From a virus, in IMG/VR virus record IMGVR_UViG_3300044450_000310: 64,000 nucleotides of DNA; one strand, written 5' to 3'. The position numbers and the translations under genes are program-made. Below, piece after piece: positions 39,845 to 49,653 of this stretch. The notes under the pieces were generated by a model, which worked only from the letters and a program-made list of their open reading frames with translations, had not been told where the DNA came from and did no database searches. Position 1 is the stretch's first letter; every line of letters begins with the position of its first letter.

Positions 39845-41505
39845 TTATTGTTCGCTAAATCATTTCGTGAAACTGCTTGTCGAGCACGTTCAGCTCGTTC
39901 ATTGGCTCTTTCTCTGTCTAATTCACTGAGCTTATTCAAAATGCCCTTACCAGCATCCATAATAGAACCGCCTACAGCATTCCAATCGACAGGGATATTG
40001 TAAGGATCAAGCTTCTCGCCCCTGCTTTCAGCTTCAAGAACAGCGTTATAGATATTTTCGCTTACACTATTCTTTAACTGTTCTTTGGTGATATTGCCAT
40101 TATTGTACTCTTTCACCAGTGTAGTGCGTGTACCTTCCACTGAATTGTCAGGAGCTTCGGTCGTTCCGGCGCTTTCAGGAGTTTGGGCAAGCGACTCTTC
40201 TGAACTGGATCCCTGATTATCCGCTTGAGGAACTCCGAATATTCCATCGAAAAGCTGTTCTACTTCTTCAGGAGAGTAGCCCATTGCGAATAAATCATCT
40301 TGCATACGCTGGAATCCCGCACGTTGCATATCCTCATTACCTTCACGAATGATTGATTCTTTCATTCCTAACAGGTAATTCGATACCCCTTGATTGATTG
40401 GAGGCACATTTCGAAACCCGCTATAGTCAAAAATGTTCTGAGAGATCGCCCGAATGTAATTGTCATGAGAACCTTCGGTCTGATTTTGTGCTGGAGCTGG
40501 AGCACCCGTTGAACCAGCTTGCGGAGGAGGTTGCATAGTCAAAGGAGCATCTTGAAGCATGTTCATTGGCACATGACGTAAATCACCTAAATCACGTCCA
40601 AGAGCTTCGAGTTTTTTAGCTCTCTCACTCATTGCTTCCCCACTGAAGGAGTTATAATCGCCTTCTGCTGGATTTTCAGTGATATCAGCCATCAATTCGT
40701 GATACTGCTCAATCATATTGATTTCATGCTTCGATACTTTTTCTCTTCCTAAGTATTCAGCAATCCGAGAGGCTACACTGGTAGTTTGCTTATTTGCTCC
40801 AAGTAATTCACGAGCACTTTCTACATCCATTCCCGCTTTCTCGAGAAGAGCCAAACCCGCTTCTTCTTGTCCTTGGGAGATTAGTCTTAGTCCAGGCTCG
40901 ATATATCGCTCAGTCGTATCCTTGTCAGCCTTCAGGTTCGCTATCTCCCCTTGAAGTGCTTGCATTTGCTCATTATTCTCGAATCCAAGCTTAGTTTGTG
41001 CAATCTGCACATCCACATTCTTGTTATTCTGACCAATCTGAGCTTCAGTGAGTTGATTTTGTTGGTCAATTCGGAATACTTGATCATCATATCGTCTGAG
41101 CGTATCTCTATGCTCGGCATCCATTCCGTACAATGCCTCTAATCCCGACATACCCAAGTTCGAGATTCCAGAAGGCACATGATTGTAATCGGAGTTCGCT
41201 CTACCTAAAGCAATTGCACTGAGCGCTTCGAATAACTGTCCTGCAAACCCTACAGTAGTCATATTCTTAGCTTTCTTCATGCGCTCTTCATCCAATACAG
41301 GCTTCTCAGGCTTATTCATCAGGAATGGAGCAACCTCATTCATTTTCACTTTGGTTGCTTCGAGAGCATCAAGAACACCTTGTTGAGCGCTATTCTCTTC
41401 TTGTTGTGGCTCGGTATTTGGATCAAAGTCCAGTAAAGTGTTAGGTAATCCAACAACTTCAGGTGGATCGTCCTTTCTTCGTTGTACTGAAATAGATTGT
41501 AACAT
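39841..41505 (-). CDS. Putative ejection/internal virion protein
   Basis: Gln/Glu-rich coiled coil with a short hydrophobic segment; upstream of giant protein; SD AGGAGG. Confidence 0.55.
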   Translation of the reverse strand: MLQSISVQRRKDDPPEVVGLPNTLLDFDPNTEPQQEENSAQQGVLDALEATKVKMNEVAPFLMNKPEKPVLDEERMKKAKNMTTVGFAGQLFEALSAIALGRANSDYNHVPSGISNLGMSGLEALYGMDAEHRDTLRRYDDQVFRIDQQNQLTEAQIGQNNKNVDVQIAQTKLGFENNEQMQALQGEIANLKADKDTTERYIEPGLRLISQGQEEAGLALLEKAGMDVESARELLGANKQTTSVASRIAEYLGREKVSKHEINMIEQYHELMADITENPAEGDYNSFSGEAMSERAKKLEALGRDLGDLRHVPMNMLQDAPLTMQPPPQAGSTGAPAPAQNQTEGSHDNYIRAISQNIFDYSGFRNVPPINQGVSNYLLGMKESIIREGNEDMQRAGFQRMQDDLFAMGYSPEEVEQLFDGIFGVPQADNQGSSSEESLAQTPESAGTTEAPDNSVEGTRTTLVKEYNNGNITKEQLKNSVSENIYNAVLEAESRGEKLDPYNIPVDWNAVGGSIMDAGKGILNKLSELDRERANERAERARQAVSRNDLANNK

Positions 41506-41514
41506 CAGAGCCTC

Positions 41515-42018
41515 CTACTTTTTGGTTTTAAAGAAGTCGCTCTCGATAACAGCGCCGGTAGCTTGGGTAAGCGGTTGAATAATGCTTGCCGTGTTTTGCT
41601 GTCTACGACCTAATCTCTGTTGCTTGAAGTTATCCTGAAGAGCAAGAGTGTTCATGAACTTTCCTTGGGAAAACTCACGGAATCGTTGTGCAGATCGAAA
41701 GAGCTGGTTGAAGGCATTGGCAAAAGTATCGTTTGCACCTTGCATCACAGATAGCTTTGCATCTTGTGTTACATTTCCAGCGCCAGCTATGTTCTCACCT
41801 TGCTCACGGTTTCTCTTATCGAAGGAATTGAGCTGAGTTATACCTTCCTGAAACACTCTGTTATCGGTGATTGGTGAAGTAGCATCGTTCTCGAACACTC
41901 CCGCCATCTTACCGAGCTTGTTTTCAATATCGGTGGGTTTAGATGGATTAAGTAATTCGTTCCCTACATTCACCGCAGTTGGTAGGACAGCTAATCCTAG
42001 TTTTGCTAAAAGTGACAT
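41515..42018 (-). CDS. Putative small ejection/pilot protein
   Basis: Hydrophobic N-terminus, Ala/Gly/Gln-rich; motif-led start. Confidence 0.55.
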   Translation of the reverse strand: MSLLAKLGLAVLPTAVNVGNELLNPSKPTDIENKLGKMAGVFENDATSPITDNRVFQEGITQLNSFDKRNREQGENIAGAGNVTQDAKLSVMQGANDTFANAFNQLFRSAQRFREFSQGKFMNTLALQDNFKQQRLGRRQQNTASIIQPLTQATGAVIESDFFKTKK

Positions 42019-42023
42019 GGGTA

Positions 42024-42036
42024 TGTGTGTTTGTAT
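42024..42036 (-). repeat. ATACAAACACACA motif copy 5
   Basis: Exact; 14 nt after the tRNA 3' end, 5 nt before ATG 42018. Confidence 0.9.
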
Positions 42037-42050
42037 GATTAATCAACTTG

Positions 42051-42122
<72 letters not shown>

Positions 42123-42123
42123 A

Positions 42124-42171
42124 AATAAAAAAAGCCTACCTCTAGGAAATTCCGTCCCGGAAGTAGGCTTT
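42124..42171 (-). terminator. Terminator-like hairpin immediately upstream of the tRNA
   Basis: AAAGCCTAC...GTAGGCTTT followed by TTTTATTT. Confidence 0.7.
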
Positions 42172-42258
42172 CTTAAAACCAAAATCTATGTAACCTCAGT
42201 TAGCTCATGAAGAGCTACAACTAAATATAGTTTTTACAGAGAACAGTTGAAAGTGAGA

Positions 42259-44319
42259 CTAGATAACCGCTTCAGATTTGAACATCTTCTTGTTTCTAGT
42301 TACCACAGGGTTTCTTGGTTTAAGTAGTTTCGGTGTATTCATGTGCGAAGTAGCCAACCAAAAAGCACCCGCCGTTGTAATTACCACATCATCATGCGTA
42401 CCGTCTTTAGCGCCATAAGAACCATCTTCTTTGATTTCGTAGTAATCCATCTCTTTCACCGCCATTTCATCTCGCTCTATGTACAGCTCGTCCCGCAGAG
42501 CGCCGTTGAGAGCATCGATAATCATTGGCTTAGTAAGTTTGTTGGTATGGAATCCCCACTTGTCAGGATATCCCTGACGTACCTTTTCGGGAAGTGTGCG
42601 TGAGTACAGCCTTGGATAGTCCTTGACAATCTCATCAAGCACCGTGAATGAATGATCCCCATCGGTAGTCTCTTTCTTCTTCAGGGAATTTACCTCTATT
42701 GCCAGTAAAGCATTTTGATACCACTTGGCGAGTCTAGCGCATTCCCAAGCGAATAAATCTTGATCCAAATGGCCATGCCATGAAGCAACCCGTTCCGGCG
42801 CTCCTCCAAAAGCCATCCAATATCGATCCAGTACCGTGATTGAACAGAAATCCGTTCCTCTAGCCCTACCTCCAATATCAGCGAAGGCACAATACCTGTC
42901 CTTCATGAGTTTCCCGTCTTCAGGAATAGGATCATTAGGTAATGCCCATAATCTGAGTCTTCCACCTTTGTTAGACTTGGCAAACTTGATATTCTGAAGG
43001 GCATCTGCTCCTTTGTGAGAATCAGCAATGAGTTCTCCTTGGTAGATTGGTTTCTCGATACCCTTGCGAGTCTTAACCACATATTCGTGAGCGAACACTC
43101 TACGGCCTGAAGACTGAAAAGCTTCTTCTGCATTGGACGGAAATTCTTCCATCATGCGCCAATCGTCCATGCGCTCAGTGTGCTTTTTGTTGCGATACCA
43201 GTTAATTCCTTCCAAAGTAGCGCCTTGTTCCCATAAACCACGCTCATATTCGCTCCAAGAAGCCACGAAATCTTTTACAGCAACATCTAGGTCTAACAAA
43301 TATTCCTCAATTTCCCACCATGCAACGAATACTGGTGCATATCCACTCTCGCCAGTAACCGCCGACTCCCATTCTCGGTGAAACAGGTTCCCCGTTCCTT
43401 TAGCCGTTGACTCCATGCAGATGAGTGTATCCTTGACCGTATTAACCATACCACGCAGAGATTGAACCACATCTTCAGCCGACTTGGACGGAGTATCCTT
43501 CCATAACCCTACTTCAGATAAGTGAAGCATATAGAAGTTAAATGAACGTAGACTGTTTGGCTTTTCAGCCGTTCCTACTCCAATAACCGTTGATGTACCG
43601 CCTATCTTTCTGTTCTTGGTAGAACCTTCGAAGGATTTAAGCTCAATTTGGCGCACTTCCTTTGGATGAGACTCCGCAATGTGAGTGAACATATTGCGAA
43701 TGTTGCGAGACTGGTCTTCTACTTCAGCTACAATGGCTGAACTCCACCCTTCTTTCACCCATAGTTGAACCCAGTTCATATATATCTGAACTAATGTAGA
43801 TCCTCCCCACTGACGAGCCTTGAGAAGTATAATTCGAATAGGTACTCCCGCCCATCTCATTTCTTCGAGTTTCATGAGTAGCTTTAACTGCGCCGGACGT
43901 AGCAGGAAAGGAATATCTTTACCCGTTCGCTTGTCTTTGATCTTTGCGCACGTATAAGCCCAAAATTCGAAGTCATATCGAATCCTTTCGTACATGAACT
44001 TAGTAACCATCACATCGAGAGGAAGCTTTTGGAACTCTGCGACCTTATCGAGTCCACCTAGTACATCGATTTGCCTAGCCAGCTCAGAGCTTTCCATCAT
44101 CAAATTTGGAAGATGAACGATACCAGGGAGAGTCGAATACAGCCGAACCGCCGTTCTTGGCAGTGGTGAACCTTTCCCGCTTACAGGATCATAATCCCGA
44201 TAGACATTGATTTCGTAGGTTTCCCCCGTATGCTCATTGATTCGCTCCTCAAGTGCATACCCGTAGAAGAGTTTCTTCCTCCGGCGCTTGTTCTCAGCAC
44301 TGATTTGCTTAATGGTCAT
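42259..44319 (-). CDS. terL: Terminase large subunit
   Basis: LLKARQWGGST Walker A, LHLSEVG Walker B, MEST coupling motif, nuclease acidic residues (FADIG, HDDVV). Confidence 0.95.
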   Translation of the reverse strand: MTIKQISAENKRRRKKLFYGYALEERINEHTGETYEINVYRDYDPVSGKGSPLPRTAVRLYSTLPGIVHLPNLMMESSELARQIDVLGGLDKVAEFQKLPLDVMVTKFMYERIRYDFEFWAYTCAKIKDKRTGKDIPFLLRPAQLKLLMKLEEMRWAGVPIRIILLKARQWGGSTLVQIYMNWVQLWVKEGWSSAIVAEVEDQSRNIRNMFTHIAESHPKEVRQIELKSFEGSTKNRKIGGTSTVIGVGTAEKPNSLRSFNFYMLHLSEVGLWKDTPSKSAEDVVQSLRGMVNTVKDTLICMESTAKGTGNLFHREWESAVTGESGYAPVFVAWWEIEEYLLDLDVAVKDFVASWSEYERGLWEQGATLEGINWYRNKKHTERMDDWRMMEEFPSNAEEAFQSSGRRVFAHEYVVKTRKGIEKPIYQGELIADSHKGADALQNIKFAKSNKGGRLRLWALPNDPIPEDGKLMKDRYCAFADIGGRARGTDFCSITVLDRYWMAFGGAPERVASWHGHLDQDLFAWECARLAKWYQNALLAIEVNSLKKKETTDGDHSFTVLDEIVKDYPRLYSRTLPEKVRQGYPDKWGFHTNKLTKPMIIDALNGALRDELYIERDEMAVKEMDYYEIKEDGSYGAKDGTHDDVVITTAGAFWLATSHMNTPKLLKPRNPVVTRNKKMFKSEAVI

Positions 44320-44759
44320 TACTTATCGAGCCTGTTAATGGTGAGGTTGTTCATTTGCTGGAAGTAGTTGACCGAAGCTGGAGTATTATCCCCACCCCCT
44401 TTCTTTTCTACTTCATTCTTAGCCTGTTCTAACAGCTCCATAGCCTTGCCGACATTACCCGCATCAATCATCTTATCAAGTAAGTCCTGAATCGTCTGTA
44501 ATCGGTAGTTTTTGTTGGATACTGGAATCTTCAACTGCTCGGCACGAAAGACATCACGAGCTTCATTGAAATAGTCTGTCCATTTCTTTCCAAGCTTCTG
44601 TCCTTCGATAGTTGAAGGATCATAAGAAGCTACCTGAGAGTTAGTCACCTTGATATTAAACTTATCCTCGACCGATTTGATAATCTGCTTCGGACGGCGA
44701 TAGCAAGCTAACTCAGTAATAATAAACTTTTTATGTTTGTCCTCAAGCTTTGCCATCAA
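44319..44759 (-). CDS. DUF2280-like terminase small subunit
   Basis: FIITELACY..P..I...V...F.I.V...QVASYDP...G.KL.KKW...IP..NK.YRL pattern; directly upstream of terL. Confidence 0.75.
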   Translation of the reverse strand: MMAKLEDKHKKFIITELACYRRPKQIIKSVEDKFNIKVTNSQVASYDPSTIEGQKLGKKWTDYFNEARDVFRAEQLKIPVSNKNYRLQTIQDLLDKMIDAGNVGKAMELLEQAKNEVEKKGGGDNTPASVNYFQQMNNLTINRLDK

Positions 44760-44796
44760 TTATTGGTTCTTAGAATTTTTGTCGAGTTTTAACGAT

Positions 44797-45414
44797 TTAT
44801 GCTACTTTCCTCATGCAGTTACCACAAACACCGTTGATCTTTTCTATCGAGAGTTCAGGTGCAGAGTTCAGCGCTTGCTTCATTCGTTCTAATTCATGCG
44901 AGAAAGCACCGTATCTTTCAACTACTCCAATAAACTCTTCAACATCATGCCCAACGAGCGTGAGAATTGGAAGTCCTGAGTCTTTGTAGAACATTGGTGA
45001 CTGAAATTCATCCAACTTCTGCTGGATGTGATATAGTTCATGCTCGAGTACCGCACACTTCTGATTATTACTCATCTCCATCCAAGCAACAGCATCGATA
45101 GTCACGATGTAATCAGGAATACGTTCAAACCATCCACGAATTTGTACTTCCTTTTTAGCTTTCACCCATGGACGGCCTTTTGGTTCTCCTTCTTCGACTT
45201 GAGCAATCACTCTTCGAGACTTGGTTACATTCTGAATGTTAGTGAACAGGAAAGCAATATCTGTCTCTTCCAAGTGCAGATGATCTTCATTATAGAGTTT
45301 AGCATCTTGCGCAATGAAAGCACGTTTAACAAAATCCGTCAGCTCGTGATTAGGTTCCAGCACTGTACGAATCGTGTTATTCAATAATTCCAAAAAAGGC
45401 ATTGGGATATCCAT
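44797..45414 (-). CDS. Putative phage metallopeptidase
   Basis: HELYH zincin motif and GHDVEEFIGVVERYG. Confidence 0.8.
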   Translation of the reverse strand: MDIPMPFLELLNNTIRTVLEPNHELTDFVKRAFIAQDAKLYNEDHLHLEETDIAFLFTNIQNVTKSRRVIAQVEEGEPKGRPWVKAKKEVQIRGWFERIPDYIVTIDAVAWMEMSNNQKCAVLEHELYHIQQKLDEFQSPMFYKDSGLPILTLVGHDVEEFIGVVERYGAFSHELERMKQALNSAPELSIEKINGVCGNCMRKVA

Positions 45415-45920
45415 TAGTTATCCCGTTCATCAATTAATGCCGACTGAGCCACATACTCTTCAGGAGCAATCTCTTGTTTCCAAAACTTGTAAGCTAGAGG
45501 ATCTAATTTACTAACCAGCAAATCGTAATCTGAGCGTTTACAGGTGCGAATCATCAAAAACATCTGCAATCTTAGGTCATATTGAACAGAGTCCTTCTTA
45601 AATTCTCGTTTTAACGCCTTCAAATAAACATTATGCTCCTTTCTATCCAGTGAACGGAGCTGTTCTATATCCCAATCAAGCTCAGAAGCAGTCAGTACTT
45701 TCTTTATGTTCTGATCCACGAGATACATGAAAGATATCCAATGTCGCTGGTGATTATCCAAGGTGGACAATACCGGTAATCCTTCACTTACACTTGCCAT
45801 AATGTTTTGAGCCAGTACGCCAAGAGCATCTTTACGGAAGTCTAAAAAGTTATATGCTTCAGATTGAGTGCAGTAAGCATACGCCAACATTTCGGCGTTA
45901 CATCTCGAATTTTTTCCCAT
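45414..45920 (-). CDS. Hypothetical protein
   Basis: ORF track; motif-led start. Confidence 0.7.
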   Translation of the reverse strand: MGKNSRCNAEMLAYAYCTQSEAYNFLDFRKDALGVLAQNIMASVSEGLPVLSTLDNHQRHWISFMYLVDQNIKKVLTASELDWDIEQLRSLDRKEHNVYLKALKREFKKDSVQYDLRLQMFLMIRTCKRSDYDLLVSKLDPLAYKFWKQEIAPEEYVAQSALIDERDN

Positions 45921-45933
45921 CTTGTCTCGTAAA

Positions 45934-45946
45934 TGTGTGTTTGTAT
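45934..45946 (-). repeat. ATACAAACACACA motif copy 6
   Basis: Exact; 13 nt before ATG 45920. Confidence 0.9.
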
Positions 45947-45960
45947 TTTCCTAAATGTAC

Positions 45961-45991
45961 AAAAAAAGCGGATACCGTGAAGGCTCCGCTT
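45961..45991 (-). terminator. Intrinsic terminator
   Basis: AAGCGGAGCC-TTCAC-GGTATCCGCTT-TTTTT. Confidence 0.7.
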
Positions 45992-46037
45992 GTATTCTTA
46001 AAACCGTTTATACTGGTTATCGTTTTTCAATCAGGTT

Positions 46038-46322
46038 TTAGTGTGAACTAATCTGAGTCTCGAATAGAAAGCATTGTTTCCAGTTAGATACTAATTCACT
46101 TCGATCCAGTTCTTCCGCTCGAACAACAATTGGTTGATCTTCCATCCCCTTTAAGGTCACTTCAAAGACTCTAGTATGAACACCATATTCAATGGTTTTT
46201 TCTCCACTCACCATTTTTATTTCCCGCATATCTATAGCACATTCTCCATCATGTATTGAAGGAATTACTGCTATAGGGTTCACGGGATATTTACTCTCTT
46301 TAAGTGTTAGCTTATCAGTCAT
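46038..46322 (-). CDS. Hypothetical protein
   Basis: ORF track. Confidence 0.6.
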   Translation of the reverse strand: MTDKLTLKESKYPVNPIAVIPSIHDGECAIDMREIKMVSGEKTIEYGVHTRVFEVTLKGMEDQPIVVRAEELDRSELVSNWKQCFLFETQISSH

Positions 46323-46399
46323 ATAATTCTGTTTTAGTTAATATTTACATGGATAATTTAATCGTTGAGCGCTGTCAATGCTTGAAAACTTGTCCACAT

Positions 46400-46645
46400 T
46401 TATTCACCACTTGTACTATCTGCTGGCGGTGACGGTGATCCATCTTCAAGTATGATTGGTGCGCTTCCCCCTGATTGAATATTATCTTCACCATAAAAAG
46501 GCGGTGGTGGCGGTGGTGGTGTATTATCATTAATCCCATCATACTGATCTTTATAAATATCACCAGTATCATAGATAACAAAATAAGTTTGAATAGCTAC
46601 CAGTACCGTAACAACAATCAGGAAGTATCTAAGAGCTTTTTTCAT
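46400..46645 (-). CDS. Small secreted/membrane-anchored Pro- and Asp-rich peptide
   Basis: MKK plus hydrophobic stretch, then DNTPPPPPPPFYGED; coupled to upstream ORF. Confidence 0.65.
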   Translation of the reverse strand: MKKALRYFLIVVTVLVAIQTYFVIYDTGDIYKDQYDGINDNTPPPPPPPFYGEDNIQSGGSAPIILEDGSPSPPADSTSGE

Positions 46646-47070
46646 TTATACCCCTGACTTTCCTCATCCCAAAACTCATACTCACCAGTATTAGGATTTA
46701 GTAAAGGTGGTCGTGGTGATTTCCTTGAAAAGCTATCTATGAAATCGTTACCGATCATCGTCTGATTGTTATCCGCAATAGTTTCGTTGTTATCTAATTT
46801 AGTTACATTTGTTTTGATGTCTAACTGAGGAGAACCTTCAACCACCTTCAATTCCATACTACCACCTGATAACTTCACTTCTGTTGGTATTCGAAGAAAC
46901 CAAACTAAAGGTATATTAATAGCATCCTGAAACTCTTCCTTTGTGATCTTCCACGTACCACCATAATGCATTGCTGTTTCAATTAGAAGGTCAACATCTT
47001 CAATTCCTACTTCATGAACTGCTTGCATAAGCGCATTAACTATCTTTCTGTATTTACTTAATTCCATCAT
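46642..47070 (-). CDS. Hypothetical protein
   Basis: ORF track; ATGA overlaps with neighbours. Confidence 0.65.
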   Translation of the reverse strand: MMELSKYRKIVNALMQAVHEVGIEDVDLLIETAMHYGGTWKITKEEFQDAINIPLVWFLRIPTEVKLSGGSMELKVVEGSPQLDIKTNVTKLDNNETIADNNQTMIGNDFIDSFSRKSPRPPLLNPNTGEYEFWDEESQGYK

Positions 47071-47408
47071 TCATCCTCATCGTTTAATAGATCTATAATA
47101 TCATCACTTGATTGCCCAATATCCCAACGGAAGGTAGTGAACTGGGTATTATTGAAAGGTTCACCCGCATGATAGATAACTTTCAATGTTTTTGTATCAA
47201 TCACTTGAACCCATTCAATGTTAATCTCTAATGGGAAATCAACTTCATTTGGTTTCCACTTCTTTGTTTTCTTGATGCGCAATGCCATCTCTGCTGTTTT
47301 GATTGCGTATTCCTCATCATCAGCAAAGCCGAATAAATCATTCACTCCACCTGAAGGGTAATGCGTTTCACCAGCAAATATTAGATATCTATTCGTATTC
47401 ACATCCAT
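47067..47408 (-). CDS. Hypothetical phage protein
   Basis: ORF track; RYLIFAG..YPSGG..D segment. Confidence 0.65.
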   Translation of the reverse strand: MDVNTNRYLIFAGETHYPSGGVNDLFGFADDEEYAIKTAEMALRIKKTKKWKPNEVDFPLEINIEWVQVIDTKTLKVIYHAGEPFNNTQFTTFRWDIGQSSDDIIDLLNDEDE

Positions 47409-47536
47409 TATTTACTCCATTCTAAAATTGTTTTGATTAGTAAGAAGAGAAGGGCACCAGCGAGTGCGATGTACACTGGCTTCATGTTCTCATCGTTATA
47501 TTCAGGCTCCCATTCGGGATTCTCTAGGTTATTCAT
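47408..47536 (-). CDS. Small single-TM protein, 42 aa (not in ORF track)
   Basis: Hand-translated MNNLENPEWEPEYNDENMKPVYIALAGALLFLLIKTILEWSK; TAATG overlap with the next gene. Confidence 0.55.
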   Translation of the reverse strand: MNNLENPEWEPEYNDENMKPVYIALAGALLFLLIKTILEWSK

Positions 47537-47563
47537 CACGATTAACCAACTCTTCTTCTTTAG

Positions 47564-47803
47564 TCATTTTGATTCCTTTCTTTTAATTCGTTCAAATATC
47601 CAAACTCGCATCTTCTTATATCTCTCCCACTCATCCCAATACTCTTTAGGTGCGTTAGATATTTCTGTTAATTCATCCATCATTTGATATTGATCTGTAG
47701 CCCAATCCAAAGCATTAACCCACCAACTAAATGAAAAAGGTTCAACCTCTCTTTGCGTAAATGAAACCACATAACCTCTATGTAATCTAAACGGTTTACT
47801 CAT
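47564..47803 (-). CDS. Hypothetical protein
   Basis: ORF track. Confidence 0.6.
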   Translation of the reverse strand: MSKPFRLHRGYVVSFTQREVEPFSFSWWVNALDWATDQYQMMDELTEISNAPKEYWDEWERYKKMRVWIFERIKRKESK

Positions 47804-47813
47804 ACTACTTTAG

Positions 47814-48020
47814 TCATTTGTACAATAATTCTAGTTCCATTGTTAAATCTAGTTGAGGTGAATCCTCAGCAATCCCTAAATCTTCCATCATCATATCAAG
47901 CGTGTTATGAGTGTAGATTTTTGTTAGTGCATCCCAAAGTTTTAACGTCTGTTCTTCTTTTGGATACGTTGCTATAATTGCTTTCGCTTTCTTTTTCTTT
48001 GACCAACTCTTTATACTCAT
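47814..48020 (-). CDS. Hypothetical protein
   Basis: ORF track. Confidence 0.6.
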   Translation of the reverse strand: MSIKSWSKKKKAKAIIATYPKEEQTLKLWDALTKIYTHNTLDMMMEDLGIAEDSPQLDLTMELELLYK

Positions 48021-48038
48021 GCTACTTTCCTTTGTGTG

Positions 48039-48251
48039 TTAGTTGGGTTCTAATTCATTCGTTAATTGATGATTCATTTGTTTTTCACTCTCTAATTCAG
48101 CTTTTAACCTTGCAACTTCTTCGGCTGAATGATCGAATCTTGCTTTATGCAGAAATGATAATTGAGCCTCTTGTGATTTACAGATATTGTATAATGCCCT
48201 AGCTTGCCGTAGTAGTGAATCGTAATTATCAGAAGGTTTAAATTCGTTCAT
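48039..48251 (-). CDS. Hypothetical coiled-coil protein
   Basis: ORF track. Confidence 0.6.
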   Translation of the reverse strand: MNEFKPSDNYDSLLRQARALYNICKSQEAQLSFLHKARFDHSAEEVARLKAELESEKQMNHQLTNELEPN

Positions 48252-48259
48252 CGTCTATG

Positions 48260-49315
48260 TTATGTTTTGGGGTTAAAGTTTAATAGTGGCTTTTCAAACT
48301 CTCGAAGTAATTCCAGTATTGAACCATCAAATTTTTGAGTCTTAAATCTGAATGAATGGTTTATTTGTAATCTTCTTAGAAACAGGGTAGCTTTTTCGTG
48401 ATTATTTACTCTTTTACTCTCTGCCCTTACTGCTTCTTCGAATTTGGATAATTCTTCTCTATCAGCGAAATAGTACCCATGTTCTACCCATTCACCTTTT
48501 GAGTTTTTAATTTCACTTTTAGCCTCATCCCTCAACTCTTCCAACTGCTTTATTGGTTGGGGCTGAACAACTTCAAAATGATTTGTTTTTTCACAAACTT
48601 CGCATTGTTCTTCACAGTAAAAGCCCACCTTATCATATTCTTTGCAGTAGAAATCATCAGTCAAAGAATCTTCGTTTTCTTTAATCATTTCTAAAAATTC
48701 AGGCTTTGGATTTACCAAAACAACATCATTAATCTCAATCTTATGTGCGTTTTCCTTGAAGTCTTTTGCTATTCTTTCCCAATCATCAGATGTAAATGGT
48801 TTTTCTGAAACGTGTAAAGGATTCTCGATTTTGTTTGCATAATGCTCAACAATCTTAGCATAAATCTCTTTTATCGTTGACCACTGAACAGGAACTTTCG
48901 ATTCAATATCCTCATCCGTTAGTGAGAACGAATCAATATGAGTTTCAAAAAACTCACCATTCAATAAATACTTAGCTCCGTTTTCGGCTGTTAACTCTCT
49001 AGGTAATAAAACTCTATCCTCTAAAGGTTGCTCTTCACTGCTATGGTTGGTTGGTTGGGCTAAGACAATTCTTTGAATTTCGTTTGCATCACTTTCCATA
49101 AGTGTTACTCCATGTTCTTCTAACATATAGTTAAATAAACCTTCATAATTCAACTCAACATCCACACCTTTAGCGCTTTTGGATTCTTCTTCAAAAGCAC
49201 CTTCTATCCTTCTTCTCATCCATCGATGGAAATCATTATACCATTCAGCGATAGCAGGTTGATAATCAGGTTGCTCATTCCCCGTTGATTTGATATACAT
49301 CTCTTCTGCTGTCAT
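48260..49315 (-). CDS. Mosaic hypothetical protein
   Basis: ORF track; SD AGGAGG; appears stitched from short modules. Confidence 0.65.
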   Translation of the reverse strand: MTAEEMYIKSTGNEQPDYQPAIAEWYNDFHRWMRRRIEGAFEEESKSAKGVDVELNYEGLFNYMLEEHGVTLMESDANEIQRIVLAQPTNHSSEEQPLEDRVLLPRELTAENGAKYLLNGEFFETHIDSFSLTDEDIESKVPVQWSTIKEIYAKIVEHYANKIENPLHVSEKPFTSDDWERIAKDFKENAHKIEINDVVLVNPKPEFLEMIKENEDSLTDDFYCKEYDKVGFYCEEQCEVCEKTNHFEVVQPQPIKQLEELRDEAKSEIKNSKGEWVEHGYYFADREELSKFEEAVRAESKRVNNHEKATLFLRRLQINHSFRFKTQKFDGSILELLREFEKPLLNFNPKT

Positions 49316-49653
49316 TGAATCCTCCTGTTATGATCAATTAAAATTGCGAACACTATCACTGGTTTGTCTCCGAAGTGCTCATGGGTAATGGTTCTTCTGA
49401 TATATCCGCAATAAGGAAATACCAATCTTCGTGAAGTATCATCTTTCTTTGGATACCCTAGACAGATAATCAGGTTCTTGTACTTTCTTCCTTCCAGTCT
49501 CTTTTGCCATCGCTCATTGTCCAGGCGATACTCATAATGCTTTTCTCCACTCTGCATTTGGTAGAAATACTCGGCTTTCACATGAAGAACTAAGTCTTTG
49601 AGTTCTTCTACAGGATCTAGTGAGAAACTGAATTTCATACAGATATCTCCCAC
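49312..49653 (-). CDS. ASCH/PUA-like protein
   Basis: L.L.VK..YF..M.SGEK..EYR....W.KRL pattern. Confidence 0.65.
   Translation of the reverse strand: MGDICMKFSFSLDPVEELKDLVLHVKAEYFYQMQSGEKHYEYRLDNERWQKRLEGRKYKNLIICLGYPKKDDTSRRLVFPYCGYIRRTITHEHFGDKPVIVFAILIDHNRRIQ

Noticed and set aside
46375-46581. 68-aa ORF with a His-rich run
   Set aside because: Alternate frame of the poly-Pro peptide gene; the signal-peptide frame fits the operon coupling better
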